A stretch of 64,000 nucleotides of DNA from an uncultured Bacteroidales bacterium (lineage in GTDB: Bacteria > Bacteroidota > Bacteroidia > Bacteroidales > Paludibacteraceae), in assembly GCA_947164985.1 (NCBI GenBank), contig CAMUYI010000003.1:41378-105377 (forward strand), given 5' to 3'. The position numbers and the translations under genes are program-made. This document shows positions 44,505 through 53,018 of this stretch, piece by piece; within the stretch, counting starts at the first letter, position 1; every line of letters starts with the position of its first letter. The notes beneath the pieces are model-generated. The model made no database searches and was not told the DNA's origin. It saw only the letters and a program-made list of their open reading frames with translations.

Positions 44505-47500
44505 TTAATGAAGTTTTTGACCTTGTGCGTTATACTCTTTGCCGTCTTTGATGATAATCAACTGGCCGTCACGAATAACCTTTGTACATTGTACCTTGTC
44601 ACTTTGTACATTCTCTACATCTGTAGGCTCATTTTTATGTTTGAAAACAAAGCGTGCGGGCGCGTTGTTAGGACCGGAAGGAGCATCATAAATCAAGTAT
44701 GCTTTGTGTGCGCCAAGGGTTGCTCCTGTATATTGGTACATACCCATGCCTACATATAGGTTGCCTCCGATATTGGCTTGCCTGTTGAGCACATAGACAT
44801 TTTCGCCATTATTGCCTACACTGGTTCTTGGGATGTCCACATCTGTACCGACAAGGTCATTACGACCATCATACAGAGGAGCAGTATTACCCGTCGGAAC
44901 CAAACGATAGGTCGGGGTCTCCGATTCGAGTACAACCGCTGTTCCGCGAGGCAGAACCATTCCATCGAAAGCGACAGGACTCAGTATGAAAGTACCGTTC
45001 TCTACATAACCTGCATGCGCCCATACGCTCGGTGGCATCAAGTAGTCGGTTTCGCTATCGTAGAAAGTACGATAGTAGCGACTTGCATGATTCGGGTCTT
45101 CTGATGCAGTAACATCTATATCAAGGATTTCACCCTCAACCATACACTCAGCCCACGCCGGAGCCCATTCTTGATAGTACGCCAATGTGCCTTTGGGAAC
45201 ACAAATCTTGGTTTCGCCGCTGGCAGCCGTCTTGAACTCTGCACCTACATTGGCATCTGCCCAAGTAACTGTTCCTCTCGGGTCGTCCCACAGGAATTGT
45301 ACAGTCTCCACACCTGTGCAGTTCAAGAATGCACCGGATTCGATAGATTTCACAGCCTGCGGTATCATTACCATGTAGAAACGTGTGCTGTCCTTGTATG
45401 CATTCTCACCGATACCGGTTACTTTATATTCCTGATACAAATAAGTTATTTCCTCCGGGATAACCAGTCTGCCATAACGTGTAGCAGGATAGATATCATT
45501 TACAGCTGCGCTGTACGGCAGTACCTTTGCCTCTTTAACAGGCGATACAGAAGAAACGGCATACCAGTTGGTTGTCATCTGATTGTGCCAGAAGAATTCC
45601 TCACCGATAGCGGGGGCTTCCCACATAGAATAAATCTTGTCAGCATAGTCCTCCCAATTGGTAGCATACTTGTAATCCGATGCAGAATTAACTCGGATGC
45701 GATTCAAGTATGTGGTGCCGGAGAAGGCGTTGCTGCCGAGTACAGGAGGCAGTTGGGTCATACAATCGAAGTTAGCCATCAGTTTGCAGTCCTTGAATGC
45801 TGCGTCACCGATAGTATCCAAAACATCGCTATACCAACTGATATCGGTTATTTGGAGGCAACCATCAAAAGCGTGAGCGCCAATCTTGGCAATGTTTACG
45901 CCACCAAAGACATTAGGCAGCTCTGCCTGACCATAGAATGCATAATCATCAATCTCGGTTACATAATACCTCACGTCTTCGTCATCTACATACTCCGGAA
46001 TTTGAAGCGTATGGTTCAGATCTTGTGCCGGCAGTTTCGCTGTGTGCGCACCGGTGATTTGGTAGTATTGGTTGTATATACCAAAGAATGTTTCACCCTT
46101 ACGAGGAGCAGGAGCCGGGTCATAGAAGAACTCAATAGACGAGATGTTAGCAACATCTACATGTCCGGATAGGGTAACTGTCTCGGCAGGCGTGCCGACC
46201 CAGATAAGGGTTCCGTTCTCGCTATCATATCTCCAATCGGCAGAAAGATCATCTGCATAATACTTATAACCACATGTAATGACGATACCTGTGAGATCTC
46301 CGACAATAGACCGGAAGGTCAGGGTTCCGTTATTCTTTATGTTAATTCCGTTATTCGCGAAGAGGCAGAAGTCGTATTGGTCAGTCTTAGCAGCCGTTCT
46401 CTGCAAGGACGTAATGATATTTTTGATTACATGCGTGGTTTGACTGGCTCCGTTGTCATCGATACTCAACAACACATGGCTGACTTGACGTGACTGCCAA
46501 ATAAAGCTTGGACCGGAAGGAGTCGGGTAAACCGGAGCCGGTGCTTCTATTACGTCGAACTCAATGGAAGAAACCGTGCAAGATATATTTCCGGAGAGGG
46601 AAACCTCTTCAGCAGCAGTACCTGTCCATGTCAAGGTGCCTGCACCTTCATCCAACGTCCAACCGACAGGGAAATCAGAAATAGAATAATCGGTATTATC
46701 GAATGTAAGGACGATGCCTTGAATATCTCCAACAGAGGACGTGAATATCAGTTCTCCATTGTTTTGCATTTTTATTTTACTATTATCAAAGTAACAGTAA
46801 CCATCGTTTGTTTTCATGATAGAGGGCTTAATACCATCAATTGCAGTGCCGGGCACAACGGTATTGAAGCTGCCGCCATACAATGAAACGGTTGCCACCT
46901 CTGTTGCATCCCACGTGATATCTGCAGTGAAAGCCGGAGCAGCAGAAACAAAGGTAAACACGATGGATGTAATGTTGCTAACATATATATCATCCAAAAC
47001 AACTGAATTTGCTGGCGTGCCGGCCCATGTTAAAGTCTTCTCCGTAAGATCCCATGTCCAATCACCGGAAGTACGTCCGGAACCACCATTGGTATTGACC
47101 ACAATGCTTTGGAACTGGCCTAATTCGGTAGAGAAAGTAAGTGTTCCACCAGCTTCCAAAATAATACTATTGTTATTATTGTCACTGAAACTTGCATATG
47201 CTCCATCAGTTGTAGCAGATATTGTAGCTACGATATCTTTTAAATCTATGGCTTTTGGTCCATTATGTTCAGAACCATAAGTGCTACTGTAAGAGAAATA
47301 ATAGTTTTCAAACTCTGTGAGGCTGAGATTTGCTAATTCTTCATCATTCGCAAAATCCCATGTAACCGGACCTTGGCTAACAGGTGTCGGATCAACCGGA
47401 GCTGCTGCAGATTCCACGGTAAATTCGACAGAAGAAACATTGAAATCCATATTTCCTGAAAGTGTAACTTGATTGGAAGCCGCACCAACCCATGTTAAGG

Positions 47501-48689
47501 TAGTTGCCTCAGAGTCATAGGTCCAACCGGCTGGAAGATTATAAGGCTCCGTATATATATGATCGCTTGTGATGACGATACCGGAGATATTTCCGACAGA
47601 AGCTGTGAACGTCAGTTCTCCACTATTATTATTCATCCACAGGTCTCTATTTGTAAATGAGCAGTTGCCGCCTGAGGCTATTCGCCTGAGCGATGCGGTA
47701 ATACCATCTATTTCCTCTGATGTTGCAACATCATCTACGTTCTCGCAATTCAAAGAAATCGAGCTTACTTCTTCTGTGTCCCATGTAACAGTTGTTGTAG
47801 TTACAACCGGAGCCGGAGCAGAAGCGTCTATGATAAACTCAATGGAAGATACCATGAAATCGATACCTCCCGAAAGAATAACCTCATTGGAAGCAGTACC
47901 TTCCCACGTTAAGGTGTTTGCCTCTCCATTAAACGTCCAACCTCCTGAGAGGTCGTAATGATTCCACACTGTGCCGCATGTGATTACAATACTTATGATA
48001 TTTCCGACAGAGGAAGTGAATGTAACTTTTCCACAAGCATTACTGAACCAAATCTCAGAACCACTAAATTGGCAGGGATCGCCAGCACTTATTTTCGTTA
48101 GCGATGCAGTAATACCATCAATTTCAGAAGCCGTCTGGACTTCATCTACATTGCTGCAAGACAAAGACACCATGCTTACATCGGTCCCATCCCACTCGAC
48201 GGTGGTCGTCGGGATCGCTTCCACGGTAAACACGATGGAGGTAATTCCGTTAACATACGCATTGGTCATTTCCACCGAATGAGTAGCACTGCCCGTCCAA
48301 GTTAAGGTGCTTCCATTACTCGTCCATCCGGTAGCATAGCCGGAGCTTGTAAAATTAATAACGATGCTTTGAATCTCATACAGCGATGATGAGAAAGTAA
48401 GCGTTGCACCATTGGATGCACTGAGGTCAGTACTGTTGTTGTAAGTGGAAAAACTTGCAGAAGATCCATCTGTTGTAGCAGAGATAGTGGCTGCGATACC
48501 TTCAATTGTTGTAACCTTGGGACCATCATTATATGAATGATAACTCTCATCCCAATAAAGGTTGGTGTACTCACTGAGATAAATGGAACTTAGTCCATTC
48601 CCTGCATTCCACGTAATCGTTGTTGGCGTTGCCCATGCGCTGACGGTTAGCGCTAGGAGGGCAATGAGTAAAGTAAATCTTTTTCTCAT
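44505..48689 (-). CDS. Giant secreted surface protein (1394 aa): six ~140-aa N-terminal modules, BspA-type leucine-rich repeats, C-terminal domain and tail
   Basis: Signal peptide MRKRFTLLIALLALTVSAWA. Six modules follow in the order A-B-B-A-B-B. Each ends ..TLTW.G.....V.LSG......SS(I/V)EF. LRR region: YAFYGQ...IGAHAFDGC...IGDAAFKDC...GSNAFSG. Tail: KVIRDGQLIIIKDGKEYNAQGQKL. Confidence 0.85.
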   Translation of the reverse strand: MRKRFTLLIALLALTVSAWATPTTITWNAGNGLSSIYLSEYTNLYWDESYHSYNDGPKVTTIEGIAATISATTDGSSASFSTYNNSTDLSASNGATLTFSSSLYEIQSIVINFTSSGYATGWTSNGSTLTWTGSATHSVEMTNAYVNGITSIVFTVEAIPTTTVEWDGTDVSMVSLSCSNVDEVQTASEIDGITASLTKISAGDPCQFSGSEIWFSNACGKVTFTSSVGNIISIVITCGTVWNHYDLSGGWTFNGEANTLTWEGTASNEVILSGGIDFMVSSIEFIIDASAPAPVVTTTTVTWDTEEVSSISLNCENVDDVATSEEIDGITASLRRIASGGNCSFTNRDLWMNNNSGELTFTASVGNISGIVITSDHIYTEPYNLPAGWTYDSEATTLTWVGAASNQVTLSGNMDFNVSSVEFTVESAAAPVDPTPVSQGPVTWDFANDEELANLSLTEFENYYFSYSSTYGSEHNGPKAIDLKDIVATISATTDGAYASFSDNNNNSIILEAGGTLTFSTELGQFQSIVVNTNGGSGRTSGDWTWDLTEKTLTWAGTPANSVVLDDIYVSNITSIVFTFVSAAPAFTADITWDATEVATVSLYGGSFNTVVPGTAIDGIKPSIMKTNDGYCYFDNSKIKMQNNGELIFTSSVGDIQGIVLTFDNTDYSISDFPVGWTLDEGAGTLTWTGTAAEEVSLSGNISCTVSSIEFDVIEAPAPVYPTPSGPSFIWQSRQVSHVLLSIDDNGASQTTHVIKNIITSLQRTAAKTDQYDFCLFANNGINIKNNGTLTFRSIVGDLTGIVITCGYKYYADDLSADWRYDSENGTLIWVGTPAETVTLSGHVDVANISSIEFFYDPAPAPRKGETFFGIYNQYYQITGAHTAKLPAQDLNHTLQIPEYVDDEDVRYYVTEIDDYAFYGQAELPNVFGGVNIAKIGAHAFDGCLQITDISWYSDVLDTIGDAAFKDCKLMANFDCMTQLPPVLGSNAFSGTTYLNRIRVNSASDYKYATNWEDYADKIYSMWEAPAIGEEFFWHNQMTTNWYAVSSVSPVKEAKVLPYSAAVNDIYPATRYGRLVIPEEITYLYQEYKVTGIGENAYKDSTRFYMVMIPQAVKSIESGAFLNCTGVETVQFLWDDPRGTVTWADANVGAEFKTAASGETKICVPKGTLAYYQEWAPAWAECMVEGEILDIDVTASEDPNHASRYYRTFYDSETDYLMPPSVWAHAGYVENGTFILSPVAFDGMVLPRGTAVVLESETPTYRLVPTGNTAPLYDGRNDLVGTDVDIPRTSVGNNGENVYVLNRQANIGGNLYVGMGMYQYTGATLGAHKAYLIYDAPSGPNNAPARFVFKHKNEPTDVENVQSDKVQCTKVIRDGQLIIIKDGKEYNAQGQKLH

Positions 48690-48790
48690 AAGATTGAGTT
48701 TTAGTTAATACTGTGAGGGTTGCCCCTCGGTTAGTTATAAAAGAGTTGTCTGTTGCTCGGTGGTGTTGTTGTTCCGGAGGGCTTGGGGGG

Positions 48791-48826
48791 CCGGAGATTC
48801 CGGAGGTTCCGGAGAATCCGGAAGGG
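48791..48826. repeat. 9-nt tandem array (CCGGAGATT CCGGAGGTT CCGGAGAAT CCGGAAGGG)
   Basis: Read directly. Confidence 0.85.
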
Positions 48827-48860
48827 ATTTTGTCCCTCTTTCATTCCTCTCTCGTTATGG

Positions 48861-48893
48861 TTGACCGTCGGCTCACCGTCGGTTGACCGTCGG
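48861..48893. repeat. 11-nt tandem array (TTGACCGTCGG CTCACCGTCGG TTGACCGTCGG)
   Basis: Read directly. Confidence 0.85.
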
Positions 48894-48925
48894 GATTGAC
48901 AGCACTTTTACTTTGCTTTTTCTCT

Positions 48926-48991
48926 GTTTCGGGTGTGTTTCGGGAGTGTTTCGGGAGTGTGTTGGATGTGCTTTGGATGTGTGTGCGGGCG
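48926..48991. repeat. 11-nt tandem array, six units (GTTTCGGGTGT, GTTTCGGGAGT x2, GTGTTGGATGT, GCTTTGGATGT, GTGTGCGGGCG)
   Basis: Read directly. Confidence 0.85.
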
Positions 48992-49006
48992 TTCATTTAT
49001 TTATGG

Positions 49007-49062
49007 GGGTCGGAAGAGAGCATCTCTCCTTATTTAGGAGGGTCGGAAGAGAGCATCTCTCC
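49007..49062. repeat. 23-nt direct repeat GGGTCGGAAGAGAGCATCTCTCC x2 with 33-nt period
   Basis: Copies at 49007..49029 and 49040..49062. Each contains the small palindrome gagag-cat-ctctc. Confidence 0.9.
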
Positions 49063-49277
49063 GATCAGTTCCCTCGTATAGTCTTTCGCCGCCACATGCC
49101 GTCGTTGCGAAACGGAGGGCGATTCCTGCGCAGACTGATTGTTGTTTTCCTTTTTTCCCATGTTTTCCATTCCCTATGCAAAGCATAAAATTCCTCCAAG
49201 TACGAGTGCCAAAACAGTGTCCAAGCTATAAAAAAGCACTCGCTCCAGACCGGGTGCAGCAGAGGCGGTAATAGCAT

Positions 49278-49304
49278 AAAAAAGCACCCGATCAATTCGG
49301 GTGC
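49278..49304 (-). terminator. Intrinsic terminator after the TPR-AraC gene, abutting a TACCTTTG -7 box (49304..49311)
   Basis: Minus strand reads gcacccgaattgatcgggtgc + TTTTTT. A weaker second copy of the same design lies at 49230..49257. Confidence 0.6.
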
Positions 49305-49380
49305 AAAGGTAGTAGAAATTTCTGAAAACGCTTTTGCAAAAGCGGACAGAAGTTTTACAAAATCGGACAAAGTGCCGTTT

Positions 49381-51071
49381 TTACCCATTTCCGCGGGTTA
49401 AACGGTAGTCTGATGGTGACATTCCGACGTTCTGGGTGAAGTTTCGGGTGAAGGAACTATGATCCTCAAACCCGCATCGGTTGCCGATCTCCACGACGGG
49501 CATGTCGGGGTACTGGAGCAGCATGATACGCGCCTGCTCCAACTGGATGCGCATGATATAGCGTTTGGCTCCTTCGCCCGTCAGATATTTCACCTTCCGG
49601 TTGAGGGTCTTGGTGGACATGCACATCTTATCGGCTATCTGTGTGACCGTCACCGCCTGGTAGGTCATGATCTGGGTCACCGTCAGGATCAGTTTCTTGA
49701 GGAACTGTTTGTCCTCCGTGGTCAGATATTCCTCCGTCTCTTCCGCCGGCGTGTTTTCCTGTACGGGCTCGGAGGGTGGACGCACTTCGTTCAGCTCGGT
49801 CATCATACTGCTCATCAGCTCGTTAATCTTCCTCTGTCTTCTCCGCAGCCATAGTACAGCCAACACAATAGCGATCAGTACGATTGCTGCTGTAACCAGT
49901 CCTATACCCATGAGCCGGTGGTTTCGCCGGGTCAGTTGCTCTTTCTCTTTCTCCAGTTCGTCCCGCCCGAACTCGGCGTTGAATCGTGCGAGCTGTTCCG
50001 CCGTAGCGTGTGAGTAGAGCGAGTCCTTGATCAGATGATACCGCTCCAGATGTACTCTCGCCGCCTCCGGATTGGATTTATACAGAATCTCGTATATCGC
50101 GCGTTGCGCGTACGCCTCGTTATATGGGTTGCCGATGCTTTGGCATATGTCGATGGCTTCTTTGAGGTATTCGACGGCTTCATCCTCGTGCCCCAAACCG
50201 TTTGCCGCCTGACCTCTCTTATTGAGTGCAATAGCCAGCGAGAGCTGGTCTCCTGCCTCGCGGAAATAGGGCACTACCTCCGCCAGAATGCGTTCCGCTT
50301 CTCCGTATCTGCCGAGGCTGACGAGTATAGATGCTTTCTGAGTCTGACGCACTGCCATTTTGTAGTTGTTTCCGGTGGTCGCCTCCACCATGCAGGCACT
50401 GTCGGCATAGAGCAACGCCTTCTCTTTGTGCTCCAGACGGTTTTCTATCTCGCTTGCCATGCCGAAGATGACCGCCGTCCGTGAGGGGGGGGGGTATTCG
50501 CAGATTTTGCATAGTTGATCGCTTTGAGGATATAGCCCTCCGCCTCCTCGGGGTTTCCCGCAGCCAGCAAGGTACCGGCGATCATATTCAGAGAAGAACT
50601 CATCCGGTCGGGGTCGCCGCTTTCGCTATCCAGCCGGTAGCACCGGTGCATATAATGCAGCGCCTCTTCATATTTGGATTGCCGCATACAGGTAAGGCCG
50701 AGCATGGCAAGATTGTCCGAGATGGATTTCTCGTCCGCATACTCCATTAGTTCCAGTGCGCGCAGGAGGTTCTTCTCCGCCAAGGGATAGTCCTGTTCGG
50801 CATAATACCATTCGCCCGCCCAATACCATACCAGCGCTTTCATCGTGTCCAGAGGCGTAGCGTCGGTGAAGACGACCGGCTCGTCCATGAACTGCTCTTG
50901 GTCCATGTAGGCGAAGAAATGCCGTGCAGCGTTCAGTCCCGGCTTCCGGTCAAACTGCTCCAGCAACGTGTCAATCGGCTCCGCCTTCCGGCTGGAGGCA
51001 GAGGCGGTCACGATGCACGCCAGTAGCGCAAAAAAGGTGAAAAGTGTGTTGATAGAATGGTTTCTAATCAT
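49381..51071 (-). pseudogene. TPR - TM - AraC/XylS-HTH one-component regulator, frame-shifted at a C10 tract (two ORFs: 50445..51071 and 49381..50460)
   Basis: The upstream ORF has a signal peptide plus TPR-like repeats. The downstream ORF has more TPR, a TM helix GIGLVTAAIVLIAIVLAVLWL and the AraC HTH (YIMRIQLEQARIML ... GFEDHSSFTRNF). By hand translation, 11 or 8 C would join the two frames. Confidence 0.75.
50485..50494. repeat. Homopolymer G10 (C10 in the coding sense) inside the TPR-AraC gene
   Basis: Counted directly: gtga + 10 g + tatt. Confidence 0.95.
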
Positions 51072-51132
51072 AGGTCAGGAGAAATGACGAATGTGCAAAA
51101 AAATAATCAAGGTATTGCTTTTTTTGAATGGA

Positions 51133-51175
51133 CGCACATACGCGCGTACCTTAATTTAATACGCGCGTATGTGTG
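51133..51175. terminator. Long perfect inverted repeat (cacatacgcgcgta / tacgcgcgtatgtg, 11-nt loop) between rnfA and the regulator gene
   Basis: 14-bp perfect stem at 51135..51148 and 51160..51173. It lies directly downstream of the rnf operon. No adjacent U-tract, so its role as terminator or operator is uncertain. Confidence 0.45.
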
Positions 51176-51219
51176 TAGAGGATTGCCTGTTTTCAGCGTT
51201 CTGCAATCATCACTCCGGT

Positions 51220-51813
51220 TTATACAACTCCGCTGAAGCCCATGAATGCCATGGCGAGGAGGCCGGCAGTCAGGAGGGCAATCGGAGTACCCTTCATTGC
51301 TTCGGGCACTTTGGCAAGGGCTAATTGCTCGCGGATACCTGCGAAGAGGATGAGTGCGAGGCCGAAGCCGAGTGCGGTTGCGAAAGCGAAGAGTGTACCG
51401 GTTAACATACCGTGCTCAGCGCCCATCGGCAGTTTCTCGGTACCGTTCGCTACGAGAATAGCTACACCGAGGATACAGCAGTTGGTGGTGATCAGCGGCA
51501 GGAAGACACCGAGTGCCTGATAAAGCGACGGACTAATCTTCTTCAGGATGATCTCGATCATCTGCACGAGGGCAGCAATGATGAGGATGAAGAGGATGGT
51601 CTGGAGGAACTCGAGTCCCCAAGCAACGAGTAACATTTGCAGCAGATAGGTAACGACGGTAGCGAGCGTAAGCACGAATACCACAGCGGCACTCATACCC
51701 ATCGCGGTGTCGATTTTCTTGCTGACGCCGAGGAACGGGCAGATACCCAAGAACTGGCTCAATACGATATTATTAACAAATATCGCAGAGATGAAAATCA
51801 AAAAGTATACCAT
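51220..51813 (-). CDS. rnfA: Rnf complex subunit A
   Basis: FVNNIVLSQFLGICPFLGVS is typical of RnfA/NqrE-like subunits; 197 aa, 6 TM helices. Confidence 0.92.
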   Translation of the reverse strand: MVYFLIFISAIFVNNIVLSQFLGICPFLGVSKKIDTAMGMSAAVVFVLTLATVVTYLLQMLLVAWGLEFLQTILFILIIAALVQMIEIILKKISPSLYQALGVFLPLITTNCCILGVAILVANGTEKLPMGAEHGMLTGTLFAFATALGFGLALILFAGIREQLALAKVPEAMKGTPIALLTAGLLAMAFMGFSGVV

Positions 51814-51818
51814 AATAC

Positions 51819-51845
51819 TAATTTACGATTTAACGATTTACGATT
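51819..51845. repeat. 27-nt heptamer-array element (sense: AATCGTAAATCGTTAAATCGTAAATTA) upstream of rnfA, identical to 22722..22748
   Basis: The plus strand reads taatttacgatttaacgatttacgatt. Its reverse complement equals the lpxA-upstream 27-mer. Confidence 0.85.
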
Positions 51846-52435
51846 TACGATTTTTTCTGCAACTTGTTGATAATAACCATCAAGTAAGCGAGGGCGATGA
51901 AGGCACCCGGGGCGAGGACGAAGACCAGTGCGCCGTAGTTATCCGGGAAGAGATGGAAGCCGAAGCAAGCACCTGTTCCGAGCAGTTCACGAACAGCGCC
52001 GAGTAGGGTGAGGGCGAGGGTAAAACCAAGACCCATACCGATGCCGTCGAGGGCGCTGAGTCCTACGCTGTTCTTCGCAGCAAACGCTTCTGCACGACCG
52101 AGGACGATACAGTTCACTACGATGAGCGGGATAAAGAGTCCCAGCACGTCGTAGATAGCGGGCAGGTAAGCCTGCATCAGGAGCTGTACGAGGGTCACGA
52201 AAGTAGCGATGACGACGATGAACGCCGGGATACGTACTTTATCCGGGATGAGGTTCTTGAGGAGCGAGATCACTACGTTCGAGCAGATGAGCACGAACAT
52301 GGTAGCCAAGCCCATCGACATACCGTTGATAGCACTGGTGGTGGTGGCCAGGGTCGGACACATACCGAGTACCAGTACAAAGGTCGGATTCTCTTTGAGA
52401 ATACCGTTCGTTAAAACTTTTAATCCGTTACTCAT
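51845..52435 (-). CDS. rnfE: Rnf complex subunit E
   Basis: NPTFVLVLGMCPTLATTTSA is typical of RnfE/NqrD-like subunits. Confidence 0.92.
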   Translation of the reverse strand: MSNGLKVLTNGILKENPTFVLVLGMCPTLATTTSAINGMSMGLATMFVLICSNVVISLLKNLIPDKVRIPAFIVVIATFVTLVQLLMQAYLPAIYDVLGLFIPLIVVNCIVLGRAEAFAAKNSVGLSALDGIGMGLGFTLALTLLGAVRELLGTGACFGFHLFPDNYGALVFVLAPGAFIALAYLMVIINKLQKKS

Positions 52436-53006
52436 GACTTACCTCCGTTTCTTCGATAATTACAACTTCTTCTTCAGCGGCTTCCTCTGTGGGTTGCAGT
52501 TGGCTGGCACCGGTATGTGCCTCTACGCCGAACTGCTCTGCGTACGCTTGGTTGACTGCCTTGAGGAATGCGCGCGACGTGATTGTAGCGGCTGTGATAG
52601 CATCTACGTCACCACCGTCTTTGGATACCTGGAGTGCGCCAGCTTTACGGCCGATGATATTCTGACCGGGTTTGTCGGCGTTCTTGAACCAATGCTCCAT
52701 ATGCGAACCCAGACCCGGAGTCTCTTGGTGCTCCAGGATCTCGTAGCCGAGGATGTTACCTTCCTGGTCAAAGCCGACCATCACGCGGAAGGTACCACCG
52801 AAGCCGTCCACCGCGGTCTCGACAGCGATGCCGTCTTCATGACCTGCGAGCACAGCCTGCTTGGCAGCCTCTTGTTTCGCTTTCTTCTGTGCTTCAATAT
52901 TACCGAGCGTCAGCATATAGACACCGGCCAATGCGCCTGCAGCCACCATCGAGATGATGACGAGGCTGAGCACCATATTCTTGAATGTACTTTCTAATTT
53001 TGCCAT
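52428..53006 (-). CDS. rnfG: Rnf complex subunit G (FMN-binding)
   Basis: N-terminal TM helix, ETPGLG and the flavinylation motif DAITAATITSRA. Confidence 0.88.
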   Translation of the reverse strand: MAKLESTFKNMVLSLVIISMVAAGALAGVYMLTLGNIEAQKKAKQEAAKQAVLAGHEDGIAVETAVDGFGGTFRVMVGFDQEGNILGYEILEHQETPGLGSHMEHWFKNADKPGQNIIGRKAGALQVSKDGGDVDAITAATITSRAFLKAVNQAYAEQFGVEAHTGASQLQPTEEAAEEEVVIIEETEVSHE

Positions 53007-53018
53007 AGTCGTACCTCC

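Noticed and set aside
48774-49062. CRISPR array (also considered for 32305..32382 and 32832..33002).
   Set aside because: The units are 9-11 nt and abut each other with no unique spacers. The 57-nt units lie inside a coding frame. There are no cas genes in the window.
49034-49186. 50-aa ORF (minus strand) with GGAGGA upstream, in the leader of the LRR gene.
   Set aside because: Basic, low-complexity translation that ends inside the 23-mer repeat. No support beyond the SD-like hexamer. It is mentioned only as a possible uORF.
48883-49388. ORFs 48883..49188 (+), 48896..49081 (+) and 49065..49388 (-) in the repeat-rich intergenic region.
   Set aside because: They run through tandem repeats and terminator hairpins, overlap the regulator's stop, and have implausible composition. 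They are most likely non-coding.
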